Notes: a model not told the origin generated them from the letters alone. A stretch of 32,000 nucleotides of DNA from Lachnospiraceae bacterium (GCA_016280395.1 JAEEGQ010000056.1:156181-188180), one strand, 5' to 3'. Numbered from the stretch's first letter, positions 25,071 through 32,000 are shown. Numbers and translations are program-made.

Positions 25071-25267
25071 AACGATCCCCCGGATTGTCTAAACCCGTTT
25101 TAAGAACTTTACGCGCATTGTCAAAAATCATTTCGAGGGTATATTAAACGATAATCAACTTTAAATCAAGGATATTTTTAAACAAATTTTTAAGTGATTT
25201 TTTAACCGACTCTGTTACAACGGTACACAGACTTGCCTTTTTCAAGGGCACATGTTAAAGTATTCGC

Positions 25268-26158
25268 ATGGAAAAAATATTTACTCTGAAAAAAAAGATC
25301 GATTTCTTTTCGCCTGAAAAGATCATGAACTCGGGCCAGCTGTTCCGCATGTATAAGGACAACGAAACAGGCGTATTTACTGTGTTTTCCGGTTCCCGGG
25401 CCCTGAACATCCGCGGGACTGCAGACGGTTTCTTTGAGTTTTCATGCGACGAAAAGGACTTTGAAGATTACTGGAAGGATTATTTTGATCTTGACACGGA
25501 TTACGCATCCCTTTTTGAACGCGCAAAAAGAAAAGGCGGTTATATCCGCGACTGCGCCTTATCTTCAGAAGGGATAAGAGTCCTGAACCAGGATCTTTTC
25601 GAGATGATGATCTCGTTTATCATCTCCCAGCAGAAAAGGATACCTGAGATAAGAAAATGCATAGAAGCCCTCTGCGCCCGCTTCGGAGAAAAGCAGAACG
25701 CAGAAGGCTTCGGATATTACGGCTTTCCGACTGCCGAAAGCATTGCTTCGGCCGGTCCCGACGGTGTAAAGGGTCTTTCCCTCGGATACCGTGAAAAATA
25801 TATTTATGAAACCGCGGCAAAATATGCCGGTGACGGCTTTATAAAGAGCAGCGCCTTCAGGGAGCTGTCTTTTGCGGATGCAAAGGAGTATCTGAAAGGA
25901 TACTGCGGTATCGGCGAAAAGGTCTCAAACTGCATCTGCCTTTTTGCTCTGGGCTATAAAGACGCTTTCCCGGTAGATGTGCATATCAAGGATATCCTCC
26001 ACCGCGAATACGGCGTGGGAGGAAGCTCCTACCGCACTCTGCCCGATGCTGTGTTCTCGCAGGCGGTTGAAGAGCATTTCGCAGATTTCAAGGGCGCAAA
26101 GGGGATAATCCAGCAATGGATCTTTGCGCATGAGATCGCAACGCAGGTCAGCCCCTGA
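25268..26158 (+). CDS. ogg: 8-oxoguanine DNA glycosylase / HhH-GPD family N-glycosylase-lyase
   Basis: 296 aa with the HhH motif GIGEKVSNCICLFALGY followed by AFPVDVHI (catalytic Asp). An Ogg-type N-terminal domain is present (NSGQLFR). Confidence 0.8.
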   Translation: MEKIFTLKKKIDFFSPEKIMNSGQLFRMYKDNETGVFTVFSGSRALNIRGTADGFFEFSCDEKDFEDYWKDYFDLDTDYASLFERAKRKGGYIRDCALSSEGIRVLNQDLFEMMISFIISQQKRIPEIRKCIEALCARFGEKQNAEGFGYYGFPTAESIASAGPDGVKGLSLGYREKYIYETAAKYAGDGFIKSSAFRELSFADAKEYLKGYCGIGEKVSNCICLFALGYKDAFPVDVHIKDILHREYGVGGSSYRTLPDAVFSQAVEEHFADFKGAKGIIQQWIFAHEIATQVSP

Positions 26159-26894
26159 CTCCCGCCATAACGGTCCCGATATTCTCGCGGAACACGATAT
26201 CGGCTTCGGAATCGTAGGATGTGCGGTCCCTGTTGATCACTACAAGCTTGTCGCCGCCGTAGTAACGTATCATTGTGTTCGCGGGATAAACCATGAGCGA
26301 GGTGCCGCCGACGATGAAAAGATCTGCGTTTGCAAGGGCTCTTACGGCTCCCGACCATGCGGCTTCGGGAAGCCCCTCACCGTAGAGCGTCACTTCGGGG
26401 CGTATCATCCCACCGCATTCGCAGTGCGGAACGGGCTCCGTTGACTTAAATATCCGTGTTCCCGGGTATTTTTTCCCGCAGCGGTCGCAAAAGCATCTCT
26501 CTGTAGTCCCGTGGAGCTCGTAAACGCGGCTGCTTCCGGCTTTCTGGTGCAGGCCGTCTATATTCTGGGTTATAACTGCATCAAGCTTTCCGGCCTTTTC
26601 AAGTTCAGCAAGCTTGATATGTGCGACATTGGGCTCTATCCCTTCCACGTTCATCTTCTGTCTGTAATACTCAAAAAAGACCTTTGAATCGTGATAAAGG
26701 CATTCGTTTGAAAGCAGATACTCGGGTTCATATGCCTCAAAACGCACGTCTTTTGTGTTGTAAAGCCCGTCTTTGCTCCTGAAATCGGGGATGCCGCTTT
26801 CGGTCGAAACCCCGGCTCCGCCAAAGAAAACCGCGTGTCTGCTGGACGCGATCAGGTCGTTCAATGCATCGATCCGCTCTTCAAAACTGTTCAT
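26148..26894 (-). CDS. cobB: NAD-dependent protein deacylase (Sir2 family)
   Basis: 248 aa with [23 protein letters not shown], a Zn ribbon C..C...C.C (CDRCGKKY...CECGG) and GTSLMVYPA. Confidence 0.9.
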   Translation of the reverse strand: MNSFEERIDALNDLIASSRHAVFFGGAGVSTESGIPDFRSKDGLYNTKDVRFEAYEPEYLLSNECLYHDSKVFFEYYRQKMNVEGIEPNVAHIKLAELEKAGKLDAVITQNIDGLHQKAGSSRVYELHGTTERCFCDRCGKKYPGTRIFKSTEPVPHCECGGMIRPEVTLYGEGLPEAAWSGAVRALANADLFIVGGTSLMVYPANTMIRYYGGDKLVVINRDRTSYDSEADIVFRENIGTVMAGVRG

Positions 26895-26927
26895 TTTTCC
26901 CCTTTCCCTGCATTATGCATTTGTTAT

Positions 26928-27090
26928 GTTGCCGGTCCGGCTGCTGCTTTCCGGTGTTGTTTGTGCTCTGTGTTGCCGGTCCGGCTGCCGCTTTCCGGTG
27001 TTTGATATGTTTGCGTTGCCGGTCCGGCTGCTGCTTCCCGGTATTTGATACGTTTGCGCTGCCGGCCCGGTTTTAGCGCTCCGGCGGCAG
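26928..27090. repeat. Tandem repeat of ~43-44 nt, three full copies plus a degenerate fourth
   Basis: Read directly: copies at 26928-26971, 26972-27014 and 27015-27057, with a decayed copy from 27058. Each copy starts GTTGCCGGTCCGGCTGC(T/C)GCTT(T/C)CCGGT. The array lies between the HAD gene stop and the sirtuin gene start. Confidence 0.9.
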
Positions 27091-27104
27091 ATATGTTCCC
27101 GTTT

Positions 27105-27725
27105 TCAGTGCACTCCCTGGCTGTCAAGGAGCACGTCAAGCTCTGCTCTTGCCCACTCCCTGTCGTCCACAAGTATTCCCCTCATGCCAAGCTTCTCGGC
27201 TGCTTCAACATTTCTCTGAGAATCATCAAGGAACACACATTCCTTCGGATCAAGCCCATATTTTTCAAGAAGAAGATTATATATGGCCGCATCGGGCTTG
27301 AGCATCCTGACGGTATAAGAGATGACCCTGCCCTCATCAAGTTGTAAGAACTTAAAAAGTCCCTCTTTTTCCGCCATTTCGAAATTCTCTTTGCTGTAAT
27401 TGGAAAGCAGATAGACCTTCATGCCGCGGTTCTTAAGCTCCTGTATCCATTCGCAGGAGTCGGGGTATTCCACCACAAGCCCGTGCATATCCTTGAAAAA
27501 CAGCCTTATTTCGGGCTCCGCACCGGGGTCGAGGGCTATGCAGTTGAGCATGGTCTGCTCTGCCGTGAGCACACCCTTGTCCATCAGCGGCCAGTAGGGG
27601 CCCTCTGCGGTTGCCTTTGCCACTCTGTCGCACATTTCCGGCGCGATGCCAATCTCTTTGATGTACTCCTTATAACGGAACTGCGCGAGCACGTTCCCGA
27701 TATCGAAAACAACATTCTTTATCAT
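27105..27725 (-). CDS. HAD-IA family hydrolase (variant 3-like)
   Basis: MIKNVVFDIGNVL carries motif I. LLSN, a C-terminal FLDDSQRNVEAA and a probable Lys motif are also present. ATG 27725 is preceded by AGGAGA. The track's extension to 27785 runs through a terminator and promoter. Confidence 0.75.
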   Translation of the reverse strand: MIKNVVFDIGNVLAQFRYKEYIKEIGIAPEMCDRVAKATAEGPYWPLMDKGVLTAEQTMLNCIALDPGAEPEIRLFFKDMHGLVVEYPDSCEWIQELKNRGMKVYLLSNYSKENFEMAEKEGLFKFLQLDEGRVISYTVRMLKPDAAIYNLLLEKYGLDPKECVFLDDSQRNVEAAEKLGMRGILVDDREWARAELDVLLDSQGVH

Positions 27726-27756
27726 TGCACTTCTTCTCCTGTTTTTTGATATTCCG

Positions 27757-27785
27757 ATTATACTACAAAACCGCACCGAATACAA
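27757..27785 (-). promoter_or_regulatory. Candidate promoter of the HAD-IA gene
   Basis: The minus strand reads TTGTAT (27785-27780), a 17-nt spacer, then TATAAT (27762-27757). Confidence 0.45.
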
Positions 27786-27799
27786 TTACCCGGTGCGGT
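27766..27799 (-). terminator. Terminator after the XRE regulator gene
   Basis: The minus strand reads ACCGCACCG-12nt-CGGTGCGGT followed by TTTTG. It overlaps the spacer of the downstream promoter. Confidence 0.55.
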
Positions 27800-27827
27800 C
27801 ATGATATTGTCAGGTCAACAAGGGCAC

Positions 27828-28289
27828 TCACTTCTCCGTTTTCTTTTCACGGTTGCCTTGTATCCCCTGTTTATGTGTGTTGTCTCCCCTTTTTTTCGGT
27901 TTTTCTCCCGTCCGTCCCGCGATCCGCTCCCGGACTATAAACTGTCCGTATTTCAGCAGCATTTCCCTTTCTTCGGGGGTCATGATGTTCATAAGATTTT
28001 TAAGTCTCGTCTCATGATCCTTCCTCGTATTGTACAGCGGTGTCTCGCTTACATTGTCCGGAAAGACTATGTTGTCATCAAGCATTGCATCGAGCGGCAT
28101 CCCGTAGAAGTCTGCAAGCCTTATCATCAGCTCTCTTCCGACGCCCGATTTCCCCGTCTCGTAGCCCGAGTAGGTAGATCTGTGTATCCCCAGACGGTCT
28201 GCAAGCTCCTGTTGTTTTAACCCCTTCATCTTCCTGAGTTTTTTCAGCTTTCCGTGTATTCCCGGCTCTATGCTCTCTTTCCTGCTCAT
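27828..28289 (-). CDS. XRE family helix-turn-helix transcriptional regulator with a basic C-terminal tail
   Basis: LKKLRKMKGLKQQELADRLGIHRSTYSGYETGKS is a canonical HTH_3 motif. AGGAGG lies 11 nt before ATG 28289. The C-terminus is Lys/Arg-rich (EKPKKRGDNTHKQG..REKKTEK). Confidence 0.8.
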   Translation of the reverse strand: MSRKESIEPGIHGKLKKLRKMKGLKQQELADRLGIHRSTYSGYETGKSGVGRELMIRLADFYGMPLDAMLDDNIVFPDNVSETPLYNTRKDHETRLKNLMNIMTPEEREMLLKYGQFIVRERIAGRTGEKPKKRGDNTHKQGIQGNREKKTEK

Positions 28290-28562
28290 CCCGTACACAG
28301 CCTCCTCTTATGTACAGAGAGTATTCGAAGGGTAATATCGAGTAAACGTTATGACGGGTTTCTCCACATAATCTTTTCGTTACGTGGAAGTTTGGGTCAT
28401 AGCATAGATAATTGTGGACTTTTTGTCAAAATCGGTTATAATTTTGTCGCTGACTTTTTTCTCCGGCCGGGGGACAGAACAAAAGGAGTTAGTCAGCAGG
28501 GGTGGTTTTCCCGTTCTGGCGGGTCAACCAAAATGCAATATTTACGGAGTTGGGGAATCAAA

Positions 28563-28844
28563 ATGAGAATCACGTTTAAAACACAGGCGGAACGGCTCCG
28601 CCAACTGGCAAATGCAGCACACTGCCGGATGACAAGCAGCTGTGTTGTTGACGAAAACGGCGCAAGCATCACGCGCTACGGCCTCGAATTCAGGAGGCTG
28701 ACAAAAACCTTCCGCACTCTTCCGGATCTGTCCGGAAACGCGCAGAAAGTGCGGGAACTGATGCAAAGGATAAACAGGTTACATCTGAGCCCGATCCACA
28801 TTGATGATGTGATCGAGGATTTCCTTGCATCTGACGCCTGCTGA
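28563..28844 (+). CDS. Small hypothetical protein (93 aa), divergent from the XRE gene
   Basis: The ORF is open from 28254, but its 5' part is antisense to the XRE gene. Plausible starts are ATG 28563 (GGAG/GGGGA upstream) or ATG 28533. The C-terminus is acidic and helix-like (LSPIHIDDVIEDFLA). No family is recognised with certainty. Confidence 0.5.
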   Translation: MRITFKTQAERLRQLANAAHCRMTSSCVVDENGASITRYGLEFRRLTKTFRTLPDLSGNAQKVRELMQRINRLHLSPIHIDDVIEDFLASDAC

Positions 28845-28890
28845 AGGCAATCGGTCAAAAGAGCTTTTAGCTCCTGCCGGATCAAAAACA

Positions 28891-28932
28891 AAAAAGGAAG
28901 CACGCGTTTTCTGTCCCGGCGCGTGCTTTTTT
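28891..28932. terminator. Bidirectional terminator between convergent genes
   Basis: An A-run, AGCACGCG-13nt-CGCGTGCT, then TTTTTT. Confidence 0.6.
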
Positions 28933-28950
28933 ACAGCCTGCAGCCGGCCT

Positions 28951-29706
28951 TCATATCTTGGTATTCTGTGTTTCGGAATCTGCAGTTTTTTTAGGAAACA
29001 TGATCTTTCCGACGAGGTCTATTACCGGTCCGAGCGCAAACACCATTATCACCGTTACAGCTCCAACCGTCATGTCTATCTTTGCTGCAAGGCACACGAT
29101 CACCGCTAAGACTGTGACCGCAAGGTCGTAGGATATCCTGACAAGCTTAAAGGCTATCTTTTTCCCTGTCTTTTTCTCAAGTGTCTTGTGAATATGGAAC
29201 GAAAACGCGTCATAGGGCGATGTTCCCGTGTCGCTGTTCATATACACCGCCGCAGCAACAACGAAGATCGCAAGTGCCGGCACCATGACAGCGATCGCCA
29301 CCGGAAGCGACTCGATCTTGAAATCCCTGCCAAAGATAAGGGAGATGATCCAGCTTGTAAAATCCGCCGAATATCCCACAAGTATCATATTTCCGAAGGT
29401 CCCCGGCCCAAACAGCGAACGGTCCCTGAACAGCAGGAACAGGAACAGAACAGCGTTTATGCAAAGCTGGTAGGTTCCGAAAGACAGGCCCGTGACCTCA
29501 GCCATAGCGTAATGCAGGGCAGAGCACGGATCCGGGCCGAGTCCCGTGATCTTTAATACGGCAACGCCCACACCCATGATAAACACCGCAACCAGCATCA
29601 GGAGAATATTCTTCCACTTTTTCTTCAGGTATTCTCCGAGTTTCTTCAGGTATTCTCCGAGTTTCTTCAGGCATTCTCCAAGATCGATCTTAAATTCATA
29701 CTTCAT
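28951..29706 (-). CDS. YczE-like polytopic membrane protein
   Basis: 251 aa. GVGVAVLKITGLGPDPCSALHYAMAEVTGLSFGTYQ parallels the YczE-type G.SL.I...LG.SPWDA motif. About 6 TM segments are predicted. The N-terminus carries a repeated heptad. Confidence 0.6.
   Translation of the reverse strand: MKYEFKIDLGECLKKLGEYLKKLGEYLKKKWKNILLMLVAVFIMGVGVAVLKITGLGPDPCSALHYAMAEVTGLSFGTYQLCINAVLFLFLLFRDRSLFGPGTFGNMILVGYSADFTSWIISLIFGRDFKIESLPVAIAVMVPALAIFVVAAAVYMNSDTGTSPYDAFSFHIHKTLEKKTGKKIAFKLVRISYDLAVTVLAVIVCLAAKIDMTVGAVTVIMVFALGPVIDLVGKIMFPKKTADSETQNTKI
29620..29682. repeat. In-frame 21-nt tandem repeat x3 inside the membrane protein gene
   Basis: TTTCTTCAGGTATTCTCCGAG at 29620 and 29641 are identical, and the copy at 29662 has 2 mismatches. 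The repeat encodes (LGEYLKK)n on the minus strand. Confidence 0.9.
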
Positions 29707-29783
29707 AAAACAATTCCTTCCGGCCTACAGGCGCGATAAAAGCGGCCCGCCAGGCGAGCCGCTTCAGCTGCAGATTTGGTTTA

Positions 29784-30041
29784 TTACTTGATGAGGCCGG
29801 CGATCCTTGCCATTTCCTCGATGGTCTCCTTTGAAACCTTCTTGCCCTTATACTCGATAAGGTTCTGTCTGCTGCCAGTAAATATGTCAACAGGGAGGTA
29901 CTTCTGAAGGATGATCTTCTCGTCCTCTACATAGATCTCAAGAGACTCGCGGTCCTCAATGTCGAGCGTTCTCCTAAGCTCGATCGGTATTGTGATTCTT
30001 CCGAGTTCGTCCAGTCTTCTGACTATTCCGGTGCTCTTCAT
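29784..30041 (-). CDS. abrB: AbrB/SpoVT-type transition-state regulator
   Basis: MKSTGIVRRLDELGRITIPIELRRTLDIEDRESLEIYVEDEKIILQKY is near-canonical AbrB N-terminal swapped-hairpin sequence. GAGGAGA RBS. ATG 30041 is preferred over the track's TTG at 30047. Confidence 0.85.
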   Translation of the reverse strand: MKSTGIVRRLDELGRITIPIELRRTLDIEDRESLEIYVEDEKIILQKYLPVDIFTGSRQNLIEYKGKKVSKETIEEMARIAGLIK

Positions 30042-30098
30042 AAACAAATATCTCCTCTAAACAGTATTCTATTCATCACGGAAAACCCGTACGCGACT

Positions 30099-30127
30099 AT
30101 TATATACAAGTACAATTCAAAATGCAA
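30099..30127 (-). promoter_or_regulatory. Candidate abrB promoter
   Basis: The minus strand reads TTGCAT (30127-30122), a 17-nt spacer, then TATAAT (30104-30099). Confidence 0.55.
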
Positions 30128-30168
30128 ACATTTTTTACAAAAAATTTAAACGATTACTTAAATTTGGT

Positions 30169-30900
30169 TTATTTAGAAGTTTTCTTCGCAGCGGGTTTCT
30201 TGGCCGATGCCGTGGAAGTCTTGCCCGTTGCAGGTTTTTTCGCAGATGAGGTGCCTGTCTTTCCTGCTGCCGGTTTCTTAGCGGATGTGCTGCCGGTCTT
30301 GCCTGTCGAGGGCTTCTTGGCCGATGTGCTGCCGGTCTTTCCTGTTGAAGGCTTCTTAGCGGAACTTCCGGTCTTTCCGCTTGAGGGCTTCTTTGCCGAT
30401 GTTTTCGGCTTCTTCGGCTTCTCTTCCTCTTCTTCGTCATTGCTTGTGTCGGTGGAAACAAGGTTCATTATACCGCCGAAAAGTCCGCCGCCGCCACCGT
30501 TGTTGTTTCCGCCTCCGAACAGGCCGCTTAAGAAACCGCCGCCGCTGTTCTGGTTATTTGAACCGGGCTTTGGCTTAGGCTTGTTTGAAGACGAGCTTCC
30601 CGCATTCGACATAAGAAGAGATGCGATGAGCGGAGCCGCTGCCGACAGGATATTGTTTGTGTTGTTCGTGCTTACTCCCGTTTCTCCGGCAACCTCGTTT
30701 GTTGTTGCGGAATTGACGCCAAGGAGGGATGTGATCATCGCAAGCGGATTCTTTCCGCCCTTTTCGGTCCCGCCGGCGATCAAAGGCATGGCTGCGGCCA
30801 GTACACTCTTGACCTGTGTGCCGGGCGCGCCGCTCTTTTCGCTGATGCTGCTGACATTTTCCTTTGTGAGAAGCTGTTTTAATATGCTCTTAACGTCCAT
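30169..30900 (-). CDS. DUF937-like protein with Gly/Asn-rich linker, acidic patch and Lys-rich 13-aa tandem repeats
   Basis: GGAGG lies 6 nt before ATG 30900. There are two DUF937-like half-repeats (ISEKSGAPGTQVKSVLAAAMPLIAG and VAGETGVSTNNTNNILSAAAPLIASLL). These are followed by GGGFLSGLFGGGNNNGGGGG, then DEEEEE, then 6 copies of SAKKPxxGKTGxx. Confidence 0.6.
   Translation of the reverse strand: MDVKSILKQLLTKENVSSISEKSGAPGTQVKSVLAAAMPLIAGGTEKGGKNPLAMITSLLGVNSATTNEVAGETGVSTNNTNNILSAAAPLIASLLMSNAGSSSSNKPKPKPGSNNQNSGGGFLSGLFGGGNNNGGGGGLFGGIMNLVSTDTSNDEEEEEKPKKPKTSAKKPSSGKTGSSAKKPSTGKTGSTSAKKPSTGKTGSTSAKKPAAGKTGTSSAKKPATGKTSTASAKKPAAKKTSK
30190..30400. repeat. In-frame ~39-nt tandem repeat, about 6 copies, within the DUF937-like gene
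   Basis: Plus-strand units of the form GG(C/T)TTCTT(G/A)GC(C/G)GATGTGCTGCCGGTCTT(T/G)CCTGT.GA. recur with a 39-nt period; one copy is 36 nt. Confidence 0.85.
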
Positions 30901-31002
30901 GGATATCCTCCTTTTATCACGGGTCACTCTTTAGTAATTTTGCCCCTTTAGTCCATTATGCTCTAACAATTTTATGAAATCAATATTTTTGTTGAAAATT
31001 TC

Positions 31003-31031
31003 TTGAAATACTCTTTCCGTTTGGTTATAAT
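31003..31031 (+). promoter_or_regulatory. Candidate promoter of the 31082 membrane protein gene
   Basis: TTGAAA (31003-31008), a 17-nt spacer, then TATAAT (31026-31031). Confidence 0.5.
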
Positions 31032-31081
31032 TTCTTCAAACGGAGCCTCTGCTCCGCCACATCAAAAGGAGGGTGTTTCAT

Positions 31082-31864
31082 ATGGCTGAAACAAAAAAGA
31101 AAACCGTAGCTCCGGCAAGCGACTCCTCAAAGAAGTCCTCCGGGGAAAAGAAAATAACCGAAGCCGCTCCCGTTGGTAACGCAGGCGGATACCGCGCCCT
31201 TGCGATCCTCTTCTGGGTACTTGCCATCGGATGCGAAGTTCTTGCATTACTCTTCATCTTCGGACAGCTCAACCTTCTTCCGAAGAATCCCCAGATCCTT
31301 TGGATCCCCGCACTTGTTCTCGACCTGATCTTTGTGATAATCGGTTCACAGTTCTGGAAGAAAGCAAACCGCATCAAACCCGCTTCAAAGAAGAACAAAA
31401 CACTCTTCTGGCTGTGGAACAACATGGGCCTCATCGCATGCTGTGTAGCATTCCTGCCTTTTGTCATCCTTGTTCTTTCAAACAAGAACCTTGACAAGAA
31501 GACCAAGATGATCGCCTCCATCGCAGGTGTTGTTGCTCTTCTTATCGCAGGTGCCGCTTCCTACGACTATAACCCTATCTCCCAGGAAGAGATGGAAGCT
31601 GCTACCGGCAGGATCACATCCACCGTTTACTGGACATCATCAGGCAAGGTTTACCACATTTGCGGTACAGTTGAAGACCGCGATGCAAAGGATACCGACG
31701 GCGATCCGCTTTGCGACTGCTCATCAACAAAGAACAGCACTACCTTCACATACGGCACTGTTGATGAAGCCATCGCAGCAAACCGTACCCGTCTCTGCAA
31801 GATATGTGCCCAGAAATTTGGCATCAATACCGATGGCCTCCTTACCGACGACTCCGAAGAATGA
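31082..31864 (+). CDS. Membrane protein with basic N-terminus, ~4 TM segments and a Cys-rich C-terminal domain
   Basis: AGGAGGG lies 8 nt before ATG 31082; the track's GTG at 31073 overlaps the RBS. The C-terminus reads VYWTSSGKVYHICG...CDC...GTVDEAIAANRTRLCKIC. Confidence 0.65.
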   Translation: MAETKKKTVAPASDSSKKSSGEKKITEAAPVGNAGGYRALAILFWVLAIGCEVLALLFIFGQLNLLPKNPQILWIPALVLDLIFVIIGSQFWKKANRIKPASKKNKTLFWLWNNMGLIACCVAFLPFVILVLSNKNLDKKTKMIASIAGVVALLIAGAASYDYNPISQEEMEAATGRITSTVYWTSSGKVYHICGTVEDRDAKDTDGDPLCDCSSTKNSTTFTYGTVDEAIAANRTRLCKICAQKFGINTDGLLTDDSEE

Positions 31865-31886
31865 GCCTTAACCAATAGGGTTTCCG

Positions 31887-31918
31887 CAGGACCGCGAATG
31901 ATCGCGGTCCTGTTTTTT
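31887..31918 (+). terminator. Rho-independent terminator
   Basis: CAGGACCGCGA-atga-TCGCGGTCCTG followed by TTTTTT, 22 nt after the stop. Confidence 0.75.
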
Positions 31919-31948
31919 CCTGTCTGTCCAACTTTCTTAATTTTCTTC

Positions 31949-31977
31949 TTGACATCCTCCCCGCGCATCATTATAAT
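31949..31977 (+). promoter_or_regulatory. Consensus sigma-70 promoter firing out of the window
   Basis: TTGACA (31949-31954), a 17-nt spacer, then TATAAT (31972-31977). Both hexamers are perfect. Confidence 0.6.
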
Positions 31978-32000
31978 CACATTCAATACAGCTAGGGGAG

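Noticed and set aside
25071-25267. Expected guanine/purine riboswitch upstream of xpt
   Set aside because: I read the minus strand of the whole intergenic region. There is no UAUAAU..AUAUGG..GUUUCUACC..CCGUAAA..GACUAUG core, and the leader after the best promoter candidate is too short.
26928-27090. CRISPR array
   Set aside because: The repeat units are directly contiguous with no unique spacers, there are only about 3.5 copies, and no cas genes are in the window.
30122-30934. 270-aa plus-strand ORF (FLADVLPV.. repeats)
   Set aside because: It is the antisense shadow of the low-complexity DUF937-like gene. It has no RBS, and its repeats are just the reverse-complement reading of the SAKKP units. 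The minus-strand gene has a GGAGG RBS and recognisable domains.
1-32000. Integrase, transposase, recombinase, reverse transcriptase, tRNA or rRNA that could define a mobile element around the 2550-4420 insert or the AT-rich lgt operon
   Set aside because: None of the ORFs on either strand shows the corresponding motifs (no R..H..R..Y, DDE or YxDD patterns, and no tRNA-like cloverleaf noticed). The islands are therefore described as scars, not as mobile elements.

Overview
The window is a 32-kb chromosomal segment from a roughly 50% G+C Firmicute that looks Clostridia-like: it carries AbrB, a Cys-rich Lgt motif, a BMP-type nucleoside ABC operon, AGGAGG ribosome-binding sites and TTGACA/TATAAT promoters. 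Most genes are housekeeping. These are a partial DnaC-like loader, prs, two Cof-type HAD phosphatases, a MetRS-like synthetase, a ROK kinase, a PHP phosphoesterase, a group IV PLP decarboxylase, proA, a chemoreceptor, an xpt-led BMP/ABC nucleoside-uptake operon, ogg, a sirtuin, another HAD, an XRE regulator, abrB and several membrane or low-complexity proteins. I found no rRNA, tRNA, CRISPR array, integrase, transposase or reverse transcriptase. I see no complete, convincing novel multi-gene system. The unusual parts are as follows. (1) The prs-3'/HAD module is present twice and brackets an AT-richer mosaic of a DUF4143-type ATPase, a SIR2_2-like stub and an M23 peptidase fragment, which reads as a scar of foreign DNA acquisition and possibly a decayed defence module. 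(2) An AT-rich lipoprotein / DUF4190-like / lgt operon has a G9 homopolymer inside its candidate promoter spacer. (3) A GC-rich structured intergenic element is bounded by inverted repeats (5489-5744), and a possibly related hairpin cluster lies at 17395-17535. (4) The MetRS-like gene reads KASSS where KMSKS is expected. (5) There are several tandem repeats: 23 nt x3 on a promoter, 43 nt x3.5 upstream of the sirtuin gene, an in-frame 21 nt x3, and an in-frame 39 nt x6 encoding a histone-H1-like tail. All family calls come from motif recognition by eye, and no database search was possible.
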